DNA from: Marinilabiliaceae bacterium
GTDB taxonomy: Bacteria > Bacteroidota > Bacteroidia > Bacteroidales > Marinilabiliaceae
Direction of reading: 5' to 3'
Length of the DNA stretch: 64,000 bases
Assembly (NCBI GenBank): GCA_050290065.1
Contig: JBNKGY010000001.1
Span: forward strand, 16,103-80,102
Shown piece by piece: positions 31,062 to 39,614 of the stretch. Under the pieces are notes generated by a model. That model was not told the origin of the DNA. It ran no database searches and was given only the letters and a program-made list of their open reading frames with translations. Numbering within the stretch: position 1 is the first letter of the stretch; each line of letters opens with the position of its first letter. Made by a program: the position numbers and the translations under genes.

Positions 31062-32939
31062 GTGAAAAAGCTTGATTTAAATAACATATTAAGAAAATAT
31101 ACTTTTAGAGGAATTCTTCTTGGATTTTTTATTGTTCTAATTGTGTTTCTGTTGAATTTAAGTTCAACTGTTTTTATGCAAACAAACAGGACGTTTGCTG
31201 ATATGTTATATCTGTTCCCAGGAATGTGGATTTTATTGGTCTTACCTTTTATTACCGGACTTTTTGGATATCTGTTTGCATTAAATTTTGTAAAAATAAT
31301 TAGGAAGCAACGAAAATACATTAAAAGTGAAACCAAAAGAGCAGATAAGGTTCTAAAATTTATTAATAATTTACGTCAGGGTAATTTTAGCAGTACAGAG
31401 TTAGTTACGGATAAAAAAGATCAATTAAGCAGATCACTACTAAAATTAAGAGATTATCTTGTTAAAAGTAAAAACGAACAAGAACAAAGAAGAATAGAGG
31501 AAGAACAACGAAATTGGGTAACTCATGGGGTAGCTCAATTTGCTGAAATACTGCGTAAGAATAATGATAATCTGGAAGAACTTTCATTTAATATTATTAG
31601 TTACCTGGTTAATTACTTAAATATTAATCAGGGTGGTTTTTATTTGTTAAATGAGAATGCAAAAGGAGACAGGTTCTTTGAATTATCAGCATGTTTGGCT
31701 TTTGATAGAAAAAAATATGCAGATAAAATAATTCAATGGGAAGAAGGTTTAATAGGAAGATGTGGGATTGAAAAAGGTACTATTTATATGACTGATGTAC
31801 CCAATGATTATATTACAATAACATCTGGTTTAGGTCAAACCAATCCGTCTGCCATTCTATTAGTTCCTTTAAAGGTGAATGATGAAATTTATGGAGTTAT
31901 CGAGTTGGCTTCATTTTCTGAGTTTCAACCTTTTGAAATAGAATTTGTTGAGCGTACGGCAGAAAGTATTGCATCTACCATATCTACGGTTCAAATCAAT
32001 ATTCAGACAACAAAATTACTTCGTGAAACTCAAATTCAAGCTGAAAGAATGGCTCAGCAGGAAGAAGAGTTACGTCAAAACCTTGAAGAAATGCAGGCTA
32101 CTCAAGAAGAGTCTGATCGTAGAGAAGTTGAAATGAAAGGTATTCTTGAAGCTATTGATAACTCAGCTATTAGTTGTGAGTTTGCTGTGGATGGATCATT
32201 GATTTCGGTTAATCAACTATTTTTACAAACATTCAAATATCTTCCTGAAGAAATAGAAGGTCAGAATTTAAAAATATTGATTTTTCAGGATGATGTAGAA
32301 GACCTGAGTAAAACGCTTTCTGAACTTAAAGGAGGGCATAATTTTAAGGGAAGAGTAAGAAGAAGAACAAAACTTGGAGAAGAAATATTTCTGCTTACAA
32401 CATATACACCTGTAATAGATAATCAAGGAGACATTATCAAGATTTTGAGTCTCGAAAATGATGTTACAGATCAAGTTTACATGGAAGAGCAAATGAAAAG
32501 CTCCAAAGAGGAGCTTGGAAAAATGCTGGAACAAGCCAGAGACGAGATGAAAGAGCAGTTTAAAGAAATTGAAGATGTTAAAATTCGAAACGAAAAAACT
32601 CTTGAAGGTGCTCTTGATGCAATCATCACAACAAATGAAGAGGGGATCCTTGAATTTTTTAATGCAGCGGCAGAAAAACTCTGGGGATATGAAAGAAATG
32701 AAGTGTTGGGAGAACATATCTCCCTGTTATTTTCTGATGATACCGCTAAGAATGATCAATTTGTGAAGGCCTATGTTACAACTGAAGAATCTAAAATTAT
32801 AGGGGAAAGAAAAGAAGTACCAATAAAGAATAAATTTGGAGATGAAATACCTGTTTTATTTCTTCTTTCTGAGGCTCAGGTTGGAGGGAATAAGTCTTTT
32901 ACAGCGTTTATTCAAAATGTAGAAGTAGAGTTATTTTAA
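31062..32939 (+). CDS. Membrane GAF-coiled coil-PAS-PAS protein with no enzymatic output domain
   Basis: Two TM segments; GAF (EGLIGRC..EK, TSGLG..P, LLVPL, GVIELAS); QQEEELRQNLEEMQATQEE helix; two PAS-like repeats (N.AAEKLWGY); ends VEVELF. Confidence 0.8.
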   Translation: MKKLDLNNILRKYTFRGILLGFFIVLIVFLLNLSSTVFMQTNRTFADMLYLFPGMWILLVLPFITGLFGYLFALNFVKIIRKQRKYIKSETKRADKVLKFINNLRQGNFSSTELVTDKKDQLSRSLLKLRDYLVKSKNEQEQRRIEEEQRNWVTHGVAQFAEILRKNNDNLEELSFNIISYLVNYLNINQGGFYLLNENAKGDRFFELSACLAFDRKKYADKIIQWEEGLIGRCGIEKGTIYMTDVPNDYITITSGLGQTNPSAILLVPLKVNDEIYGVIELASFSEFQPFEIEFVERTAESIASTISTVQINIQTTKLLRETQIQAERMAQQEEELRQNLEEMQATQEESDRREVEMKGILEAIDNSAISCEFAVDGSLISVNQLFLQTFKYLPEEIEGQNLKILIFQDDVEDLSKTLSELKGGHNFKGRVRRRTKLGEEIFLLTTYTPVIDNQGDIIKILSLENDVTDQVYMEEQMKSSKEELGKMLEQARDEMKEQFKEIEDVKIRNEKTLEGALDAIITTNEEGILEFFNAAAEKLWGYERNEVLGEHISLLFSDDTAKNDQFVKAYVTTEESKIIGERKEVPIKNKFGDEIPVLFLLSEAQVGGNKSFTAFIQNVEVELF

Positions 32940-32954
32940 ATTAAAAAATAATAA

Positions 32955-33797
32955 GTGGGGGACATAACATTTAAAACGTATTTAGAAGAGCTAAAGAAGC
33001 ATACACCATATAATTTTTGTGATTACTCAGACAATTCAATTCAAAGAAGAATAGATAAAGTATTGAAGGATCACAATATGGATATGGATCAGCTTTTGTA
33101 TAAAACAAAAACTGATGCGTATTTTGTTGAAAGCCTGGTTGATGAAATTACGGTAAACACAACTGAGCTTTTTAGGAATCCTGAAACTTGGGAATATTTA
33201 TATAAGAACGTATTACCACTTCTTAACAAAAAGAAAACTATTAATATTTGGCATGCTGGATGTTCAACAGGTCAGGAAGTTTATTCTAATTTGATATTGT
33301 TGAATGAATTAGGATTAATGGACAGGGTAAAAGTGGTTGCAACTGACATTAATCAAAAGGTGATAAGAGTTGCGAAAAATGCAGAATATAATTATAGTTA
33401 CAATAGTAGTTATATTGAAGCTTATAAAACTTTGATGGATAAAGTTAATCCAAAGGCTAATAAATTTGAATATTATTGTGATATAGATGAGCATTCAGAT
33501 GTTTTTAAATTCAAAAAATTTATTGCTGAGAAGCCTATTTTTAAAAGACATGATTTGGTAGCAGAACCAATTCCCTTTTATCAGAAATTTGATATCATAT
33601 ATTGTCGTAACGTATTAATATATTTTAATCCAGAGTTACAAATGAATATTGTCCGCAAATTCTTTGATAAGTTGTATGATGGAGGAGTATTAGTTTTAGG
33701 TTCGCATGAGGCATTACATGGTTTTTTTAAAACCAGATTTATTAAGCACGGAATGGTCTATACAAAAAGTAATACATTTCATTTTAAATATAAATAG
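32955..33797 (+). CDS. cheR: CheR-family methyltransferase (intact motifs)
   Basis: ITVNTTELFRNP, IWHAGCSTGQEVYS, ATDIN, FDIIYCRNVLIYF, GSHE. Confidence 0.9.
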   Translation: MGDITFKTYLEELKKHTPYNFCDYSDNSIQRRIDKVLKDHNMDMDQLLYKTKTDAYFVESLVDEITVNTTELFRNPETWEYLYKNVLPLLNKKKTINIWHAGCSTGQEVYSNLILLNELGLMDRVKVVATDINQKVIRVAKNAEYNYSYNSSYIEAYKTLMDKVNPKANKFEYYCDIDEHSDVFKFKKFIAEKPIFKRHDLVAEPIPFYQKFDIIYCRNVLIYFNPELQMNIVRKFFDKLYDGGVLVLGSHEALHGFFKTRFIKHGMVYTKSNTFHFKYK

Positions 33798-33800
33798 AAA

Positions 33801-34607
33801 ATGGCAGTTGTTCCTACTATTTACGATATCAGGGAAATAACACCTTTGTTAAAGGAGGTACTAAATATTGATTTGTATAATTTTACGTTGTCTTTTTTGC
33901 GTAGGAGATTTGCGTTTGTTTTTAGTCAGTTAAATATTAAAAGTGTAGAAGGATTTAAAGAAGATATTAAGAAAGGTAAATTAATTGATGAATTTAGCTA
34001 TGCTTTTTCTGTTCCTGATACTGAAATGTTTAGGGATCCATCATTCTGGAGAACCCTTAAGAATAAAATTTTACCTCAATTTGGAGAAAAGCCATTTAAT
34101 ATTTGGATGCCTGATTTGGTTTCAAATGAAGAACTTTTTTCATTATTAGTTATATTGGAGCAGGATAGGCTAATCGATCAAGTAAAGATTTATTGCAACG
34201 TGGATTGTTCATTAAGGTCATTAGAACTGAAGAAAGGTTCTATTAATGGCAAAAGTATAGAAATTTCCATGCAGAATTTTAAAAGATTAGAACTAGATAG
34301 TCAATTTGAAGATTACTTTACATATGATAATAAATTTATTTATATAAAAGAAGAATTACTTAAGAATATTGAATACATAAATGGTAATTTCTTTGTAAAC
34401 GGTCCGACAGAAAATATATCTTTTTGTTTATATCGAAATAGAATGATTTACTTTAATTTAAAATTACAACAATCAGCTGAAGAGGAACTAGTGAAATATA
34501 TAGAAAAAGGCGGGTTTTTAGCTTTGGGGATTAAAGAGAAAATCAGCCAATCTAATAGAGATTTATTTGATGAAGTTGACTCTAATGAACAAATCTATAA
34601 AGCTTGA
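33801..34607 (+). CDS. Degenerate CheR-like protein (probable pseudo-methyltransferase)
   Basis: Keeps TEMFRDPSFW and RN.MIYF...LQ, but the SAM loop reads IWMPDLVSNEE instead of IWxAGCSTGEE. Confidence 0.75.
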   Translation: MAVVPTIYDIREITPLLKEVLNIDLYNFTLSFLRRRFAFVFSQLNIKSVEGFKEDIKKGKLIDEFSYAFSVPDTEMFRDPSFWRTLKNKILPQFGEKPFNIWMPDLVSNEELFSLLVILEQDRLIDQVKIYCNVDCSLRSLELKKGSINGKSIEISMQNFKRLELDSQFEDYFTYDNKFIYIKEELLKNIEYINGNFFVNGPTENISFCLYRNRMIYFNLKLQQSAEEELVKYIEKGGFLALGIKEKISQSNRDLFDEVDSNEQIYKA

Positions 34608-34618
34608 TTAAACAATAA

Positions 34619-35194
34619 ATGAATAATAAAAGAGCGTCATATTATAAAGCAGTAGTAATTGGTGGTTCTGCAGGTAGTTTTTCAGTTGTATCAAAAATTT
34701 TGGCCAATATAAAACCTGATTTTGAATATCCAATTGTGGTATGTTTACATCGTTTAAAGCATATCCGTACAGGATTATTAGAAGGGCTTAAAATTAAATC
34801 AAAACTTCCGGTAATAGAGCCTTACGATAAAGATAGTCTCAAAGGTGGAAATGTTTATTTGGCACCTTCAAATTATCATATGTTTGTTGAGTTTGATTCA
34901 ACCATTTCATTGACGGGTGAGGATGTGTTAAATCATAGCAGACCATCGATTGATTATACTTTTATATCATCGGCAACTTCATTTCGTGAGAAAATGATAG
35001 GAATTTTATTAACAGGAGCTAATAAAGATGGTGCTTTGGGAATGAAGGAAGTATTTCATAAAAGAGGATATACAATAGTGCAGGATCCGAATACTTGTGA
35101 TGTAGATACAATGCCAAAATCAGCTCTTCAATTATTTAATCCAGATGAAGTATTATCGCCAGATGCAATTATTGATTTTTTGAATAATCTTTAA
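34619..35194 (+). CDS. cheB: Stand-alone CheB methylesterase (no REC domain)
   Basis: IGGSAGS (Ser), CLHR (His), TGANKDGA (Asp), SRPSID, QDP. Confidence 0.88.
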   Translation: MNNKRASYYKAVVIGGSAGSFSVVSKILANIKPDFEYPIVVCLHRLKHIRTGLLEGLKIKSKLPVIEPYDKDSLKGGNVYLAPSNYHMFVEFDSTISLTGEDVLNHSRPSIDYTFISSATSFREKMIGILLTGANKDGALGMKEVFHKRGYTIVQDPNTCDVDTMPKSALQLFNPDEVLSPDAIIDFLNNL

Positions 35195-35198
35195 AGAG

Positions 35199-35957
35199 AT
35201 GTTAATGAATAAAAAAGAATTATTTCGATTATATATATTAGCAAGTCTTACGTTTACGATGGCCTTGATTAAGTATTTATTTGAGGATAAATATTTTATT
35301 TTTGAAATTTTGTCGTTCATACTTTTCTTAGGTATTATATATTTTGGAGATAAACTTATTAGGGTCAGAACAATTGAGAAAATTCAATTTAATAGAGAAA
35401 AAGAGAAGATAAATAGTAGTTATGAAGAAAAGATAAATCAATTAAATAATACGATTGAGCAATTAACAAAGGAGCAATCAGAACGACTTATCTTAGCTAA
35501 TGAAGTTGAATTAATTGGAGATAAAATCAATGATAGTATTAATAATATACAGCATAAGGATGAGTTGGCAAATCAGTTGTTAATTCAATTTTCTAAATAT
35601 TATGAAATTGGAATAGGAATATGTTATTTATTGTCAGAACATTCTGGAAAATTGAGCGTAAAAGGTGTCTATGGAATTCTGGATGAAGAAAAACCGACAG
35701 ATGTTGAAGTAACTGATGGATTACATGGACAATCAATTTCTGATAGAAAACCAATCATAATCCAGGATATTGATGAGAACTATTTTAATATTGAGTCTTG
35801 TTTGGGTTCTTCAAAGCCTAAGCATTTGTATTTATTACCAATTACAAAAAATGAAACCGTTATTGGTTTAATTGAATTAGCTACATTTAAAATCATTAAT
35901 ATTGAAAAGCATTGGCAAATAATCAATGATAAAATTGCAAATGTACTTATCTCATAA
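35199..35957 (+). CDS. Membrane coiled-coil-GAF protein
   Basis: Two TM segments, then a coiled coil and a GAF (DGLHGQ..., ESCLG..KP, LYLLPI, GLIELAT). Confidence 0.75.
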   Translation: MLMNKKELFRLYILASLTFTMALIKYLFEDKYFIFEILSFILFLGIIYFGDKLIRVRTIEKIQFNREKEKINSSYEEKINQLNNTIEQLTKEQSERLILANEVELIGDKINDSINNIQHKDELANQLLIQFSKYYEIGIGICYLLSEHSGKLSVKGVYGILDEEKPTDVEVTDGLHGQSISDRKPIIIQDIDENYFNIESCLGSSKPKHLYLLPITKNETVIGLIELATFKIINIEKHWQIINDKIANVLIS

Positions 35958-35966
35958 TGTGTTAAC

Positions 35967-38576
35967 ATGTTGATGAAAAGAATGATTAAGAACATTAAAA
36001 AATATATGGATTTCTCTATCCTTCAGGAACGAGATCGCTTTTTTATTATTATTAGTGTTATACTAGTTTTGTTATTGGTATGGGCAGGATTTATAAATTT
36101 TACTGGTTATCTGTTTACAATAGATTCAATTCTTAGTATTCATACTTCATGGTTAACTTGGTTTATTGATGCAATCATAGCTTTAATTCCTGTTACTTTT
36201 GTTGTTTTAATTAATTATGATCGTGAGACAAAGAAAAAATATAAAAAGGAAATAACTCGTTTAAAAGAAGGATTAAATTCTAACATTCAAATTGCGAACT
36301 TAATACGTAAAGGTGACTTCAATTCCATTTTAAATTATAAAAGTGATAATTCTGAAACTCTAGTTAGTCTTGCTAAAGATCTGCTTGAAACCAATCAGAA
36401 AGAGGAAGAGTTAAGATGGATTACAAAAGGAAAAGAACTCATCAATGATATTTTGCGAACATACAGATCTATTGATGAACTATCCATTGAACTTCTTAAA
36501 GGTATCATTACCTATAGCGGCGGTGCGCAGGGGGCATTTTATATATTAGAGGGAGATAAATTAGTTAGTCGGGCAACCTATGCTTTTAATAAACAAAGGT
36601 TTGTAAAACAAGAATATCATATTGGGAAAGGATTAGTCGGTCAGGTTGCATTCGAAAAGCAAATGATATACAGAACTGAAATTCCTGACGATTATTTTAC
36701 AATTACCTCTGGAATATTAGGCGATCAAAAACCAAGAAGTCTTGTCATATTGCCTTTATTGCAAGAGGAGGAATTGCAAGGAATAATAGAACTTGGATTT
36801 TTAAATGATCATTTTCCAACTTATAAATTAAATTTTGCAGAGGAATTGAGTAGTATGATTGGGCGAACCATTTATGCTCAAAAAATAAATGCTAAAACGG
36901 AGTATCTATTAAAAGAGTCTCAGGAAATGACTGTTACTCTTAGGCATAATGAAGAAAAATTAAAGGAAAGTGCCCAGGAAATGATGATTGCCCAGGAGGA
37001 TTTGGAAAAATCAAATGAACTACTGGAAACGAAAATTCAAGAGGTTGAAAATGGAAGAAAGAGGTTAGTGGCCTTACTAACAAATGCCTCTGAATTTATT
37101 TCAATTTATGATGAAAACCAAAGATTATTATTCGAAAGTCCTTCAGTGAAAAGAATATTAGGGTATAATGATTCTGATAAAGTTTCCGGAATGGACCCCG
37201 ATATGTTAACACCTAGAGGCTATAGAACCATTAATAATTTATTTACATATTTAAAACAAACGCCTGGAGGAGAGAGTGTTGCACAATATTCATACTTAAA
37301 AAAGAGTGGGGAAAAATTGTTTCTTGAAACTAAAGGAAAAAATTTACTTCATGATCAAGCTATTAAAGGAATAATCTTTAATACTCAGGATATTACCGAA
37401 AGAATTAGAGCAGAGAAAGAAGAACGGATGAAAAGTCGGATGCAATCACTTTCCGAAAATTCTCCGGATATGATTATGCGTATCAACACTTCTGGTAAGT
37501 TAGTATATGCAAATCCTGCAGTTAGTAATTTTACAGGTATTCCTATAGGAGAAATAACAAAGAAAAGAGTTAATGAACTTCAGATTGATGAAAGATTTAT
37601 TGATTTTGTTAATCATGTTCTGGTAAAAGTTAAAAAGGTACATGAACAAATAAATGAAGAAATAGAAGTTATTTCTCAGTATGGTAACCAGATAATGGAA
37701 ATAAAAGCTATTCCTGAATTGAATTCTGATAAAATATTGGAGTCAGTTCTTTTTGTGGCTCATAATATTACAGAGGTTAAAAAGATTGAACAAGAGATCA
37801 AAGAAAAAAATAAAAAAATATCTGATAGTATCAATTATGCACAAAGAATTCAAACTTCGATATTGCCAGATACCAATTTTATACAACGGCATTTTCCAAG
37901 ATCTTTTATCTTTTATCGTCCCAAAGATGTTGTTAGTGGTGATTTTCCATGGTTCGTCAAAAAAGATGAAACTTTTTATGTTGCAGCCGTAGACTGTACT
38001 GGTCATGGTGTACCTGGTGCATTATTATCTTTTATAGGGTATTTCTTACTCAATAATATAGTTAATATTGATGATGGATTTAATGCTGCCCATATATTAG
38101 AACATTTACATCAAGGTGTTCGAACTACATTAAAGCAAAATGAAGAAGGTAATAATGGTCGCGACGGGATGGATTTGGCTTTATGTAAAATAGACAAAAA
38201 AAATAAAGTTATTCAATTTGCCGGGGCTCATAATCCATTATATTTGCTGAGAAAAGGAGAATTGATAGAATATAAAGGAACACGTAAGGGGATTGGAGGA
38301 AAACCTTTATTAAAAAAACGTGAAAAGGATTTTGAAAATCATGAAATCCAATATCAGGATGGGGATAAGATTTTTATTTTTTCTGATGGTTTACCTGATC
38401 AGTTAGGTGGAGAAAAAAGAAAAAAGTATCAATCTAAACGAATTAGGGAAGCGCTAACTGAAAAAGAAGATCTGACAATGGCTCATTTTTCTCGACATTT
38501 TTCATCTGATTTTTATGAATGGATGGGTGATGAGAAACAAGTTGATGATGTTTTACTTATTGGAATTGAATTGTAA
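35967..38576 (+). CDS. SiaA-like PP2C/SpoIIE Ser/Thr phosphatase with TM-GAF-coil-PAS-PAS input
   Basis: SINYAQRIQ.SILP, PKDVVSGDFPW, AVDCTGHGVPGA, DGMD, FSDG..DQ.GG, DDVLLIG. Confidence 0.9.
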   Translation: MLMKRMIKNIKKYMDFSILQERDRFFIIISVILVLLLVWAGFINFTGYLFTIDSILSIHTSWLTWFIDAIIALIPVTFVVLINYDRETKKKYKKEITRLKEGLNSNIQIANLIRKGDFNSILNYKSDNSETLVSLAKDLLETNQKEEELRWITKGKELINDILRTYRSIDELSIELLKGIITYSGGAQGAFYILEGDKLVSRATYAFNKQRFVKQEYHIGKGLVGQVAFEKQMIYRTEIPDDYFTITSGILGDQKPRSLVILPLLQEEELQGIIELGFLNDHFPTYKLNFAEELSSMIGRTIYAQKINAKTEYLLKESQEMTVTLRHNEEKLKESAQEMMIAQEDLEKSNELLETKIQEVENGRKRLVALLTNASEFISIYDENQRLLFESPSVKRILGYNDSDKVSGMDPDMLTPRGYRTINNLFTYLKQTPGGESVAQYSYLKKSGEKLFLETKGKNLLHDQAIKGIIFNTQDITERIRAEKEERMKSRMQSLSENSPDMIMRINTSGKLVYANPAVSNFTGIPIGEITKKRVNELQIDERFIDFVNHVLVKVKKVHEQINEEIEVISQYGNQIMEIKAIPELNSDKILESVLFVAHNITEVKKIEQEIKEKNKKISDSINYAQRIQTSILPDTNFIQRHFPRSFIFYRPKDVVSGDFPWFVKKDETFYVAAVDCTGHGVPGALLSFIGYFLLNNIVNIDDGFNAAHILEHLHQGVRTTLKQNEEGNNGRDGMDLALCKIDKKNKVIQFAGAHNPLYLLRKGELIEYKGTRKGIGGKPLLKKREKDFENHEIQYQDGDKIFIFSDGLPDQLGGEKRKKYQSKRIREALTEKEDLTMAHFSRHFSSDFYEWMGDEKQVDDVLLIGIEL

Positions 38577-38602
38577 CGTATACGAACTAAATATTATTAG
38601 TA

Positions 38603-39178
38603 ATGGGAAATGCTCAAGATAATCATAGTTTTCTGGATTTTGCTTACCAGCTGTACCGGACTATGAAAACGAATGAAATCAGTCTTGTTTATGAAGGAGA
38701 AGTAACTCAGGAGATTACAAAAACTTTTACTTCATTAACAGAAAAAAGTCTGGCAAAAAGTGAAGAGTCAAATGCTGTTCAGCGAAAAGTATTTAACGTA
38801 ATGGTTGAATGTTTACAAAATATTAGTAAACATGCCGATTCATTATCTGAAGATGATGAAAATGAACGCAGGGGAATTGTAATGGTTAGTAAAGGTGAAG
38901 ATAGCTATAAAATTATTACAGGTAATGTAATTAGAAATGAAAAAGTACCTGGTTTAAGAGAAAACCTGGAGCAGGTCAATTCTCTTGATAAGGAGGGGCT
39001 TTCAAAGTTATTTAAAACCCAAATGCGTGAAGGTAAAATTTCCGATAAAGGAGGTGCAGGTCTTGGTTTAATTGACATTGCAAAGAAAACAGGAAGTGTA
39101 CTAACATACCAGTTTAAAGAATTAAATGAGGAAGTATCATTTTTTATTCTTACATCTACAATTAAACGAAATAATTAA
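38603..39178 (+). CDS. SiaB-family (DUF6272-like) GHKL Ser/Thr kinase
   Basis: YEGE..Q, RKVFNVMVECLQNISKH, IITGN.I, GGAGLGLIDIAKK. Confidence 0.85.
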   Translation: MGNAQDNHSFLDFAYQLYRTMKTNEISLVYEGEVTQEITKTFTSLTEKSLAKSEESNAVQRKVFNVMVECLQNISKHADSLSEDDENERRGIVMVSKGEDSYKIITGNVIRNEKVPGLRENLEQVNSLDKEGLSKLFKTQMREGKISDKGGAGLGLIDIAKKTGSVLTYQFKELNEEVSFFILTSTIKRNN

Positions 39179-39203
39179 AAAACTAATATAAAATATCAAA
39201 ACC

Positions 39204-39584
39204 ATGGAAGTTATCAATATTCAAGGAACAGATGATACTCCTAATGTAATTTTAGATAAGGACAGCGGGAAATTTGAAATTTCTGGACGTTCATTACCAG
39301 AGGACGTAAATATGTTTTATGAGCCTATTATGAAATGGATAGATGGATACTCCGAAAGTCCTAATGAGAATACTGAATTTAATTTTAAGCTAGAGTACTT
39401 TAATACTGCATCTTCAAAAATAATACTGGATATTTTACTAAAGTTCGAAGAAATAGTTGAAAATGGTAATGATGTTAAAATCAGATGGCATTATCACGAA
39501 GAAGAGGAAGATATGCTTGAAGCTGGTGAAGAGTATGCAGATATAGTTGAAATACCATTTGAATACGAAGCTTACACTGATTAA
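39204..39584 (+). CDS. SiaC-family (DUF1987) phospho-switch protein
   Basis: T..TP.V, ISGRSLPED...FY.P, LEYFNTASSK (Thr68), W.Y...EEDM.E.GEEY. Confidence 0.88.
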   Translation: MEVINIQGTDDTPNVILDKDSGKFEISGRSLPEDVNMFYEPIMKWIDGYSESPNENTEFNFKLEYFNTASSKIILDILLKFEEIVENGNDVKIRWHYHEEEEDMLEAGEEYADIVEIPFEYEAYTD

Positions 39585-39614
39585 TACAAGATTACTTGTT
39601 GCAAACTTTAATTT

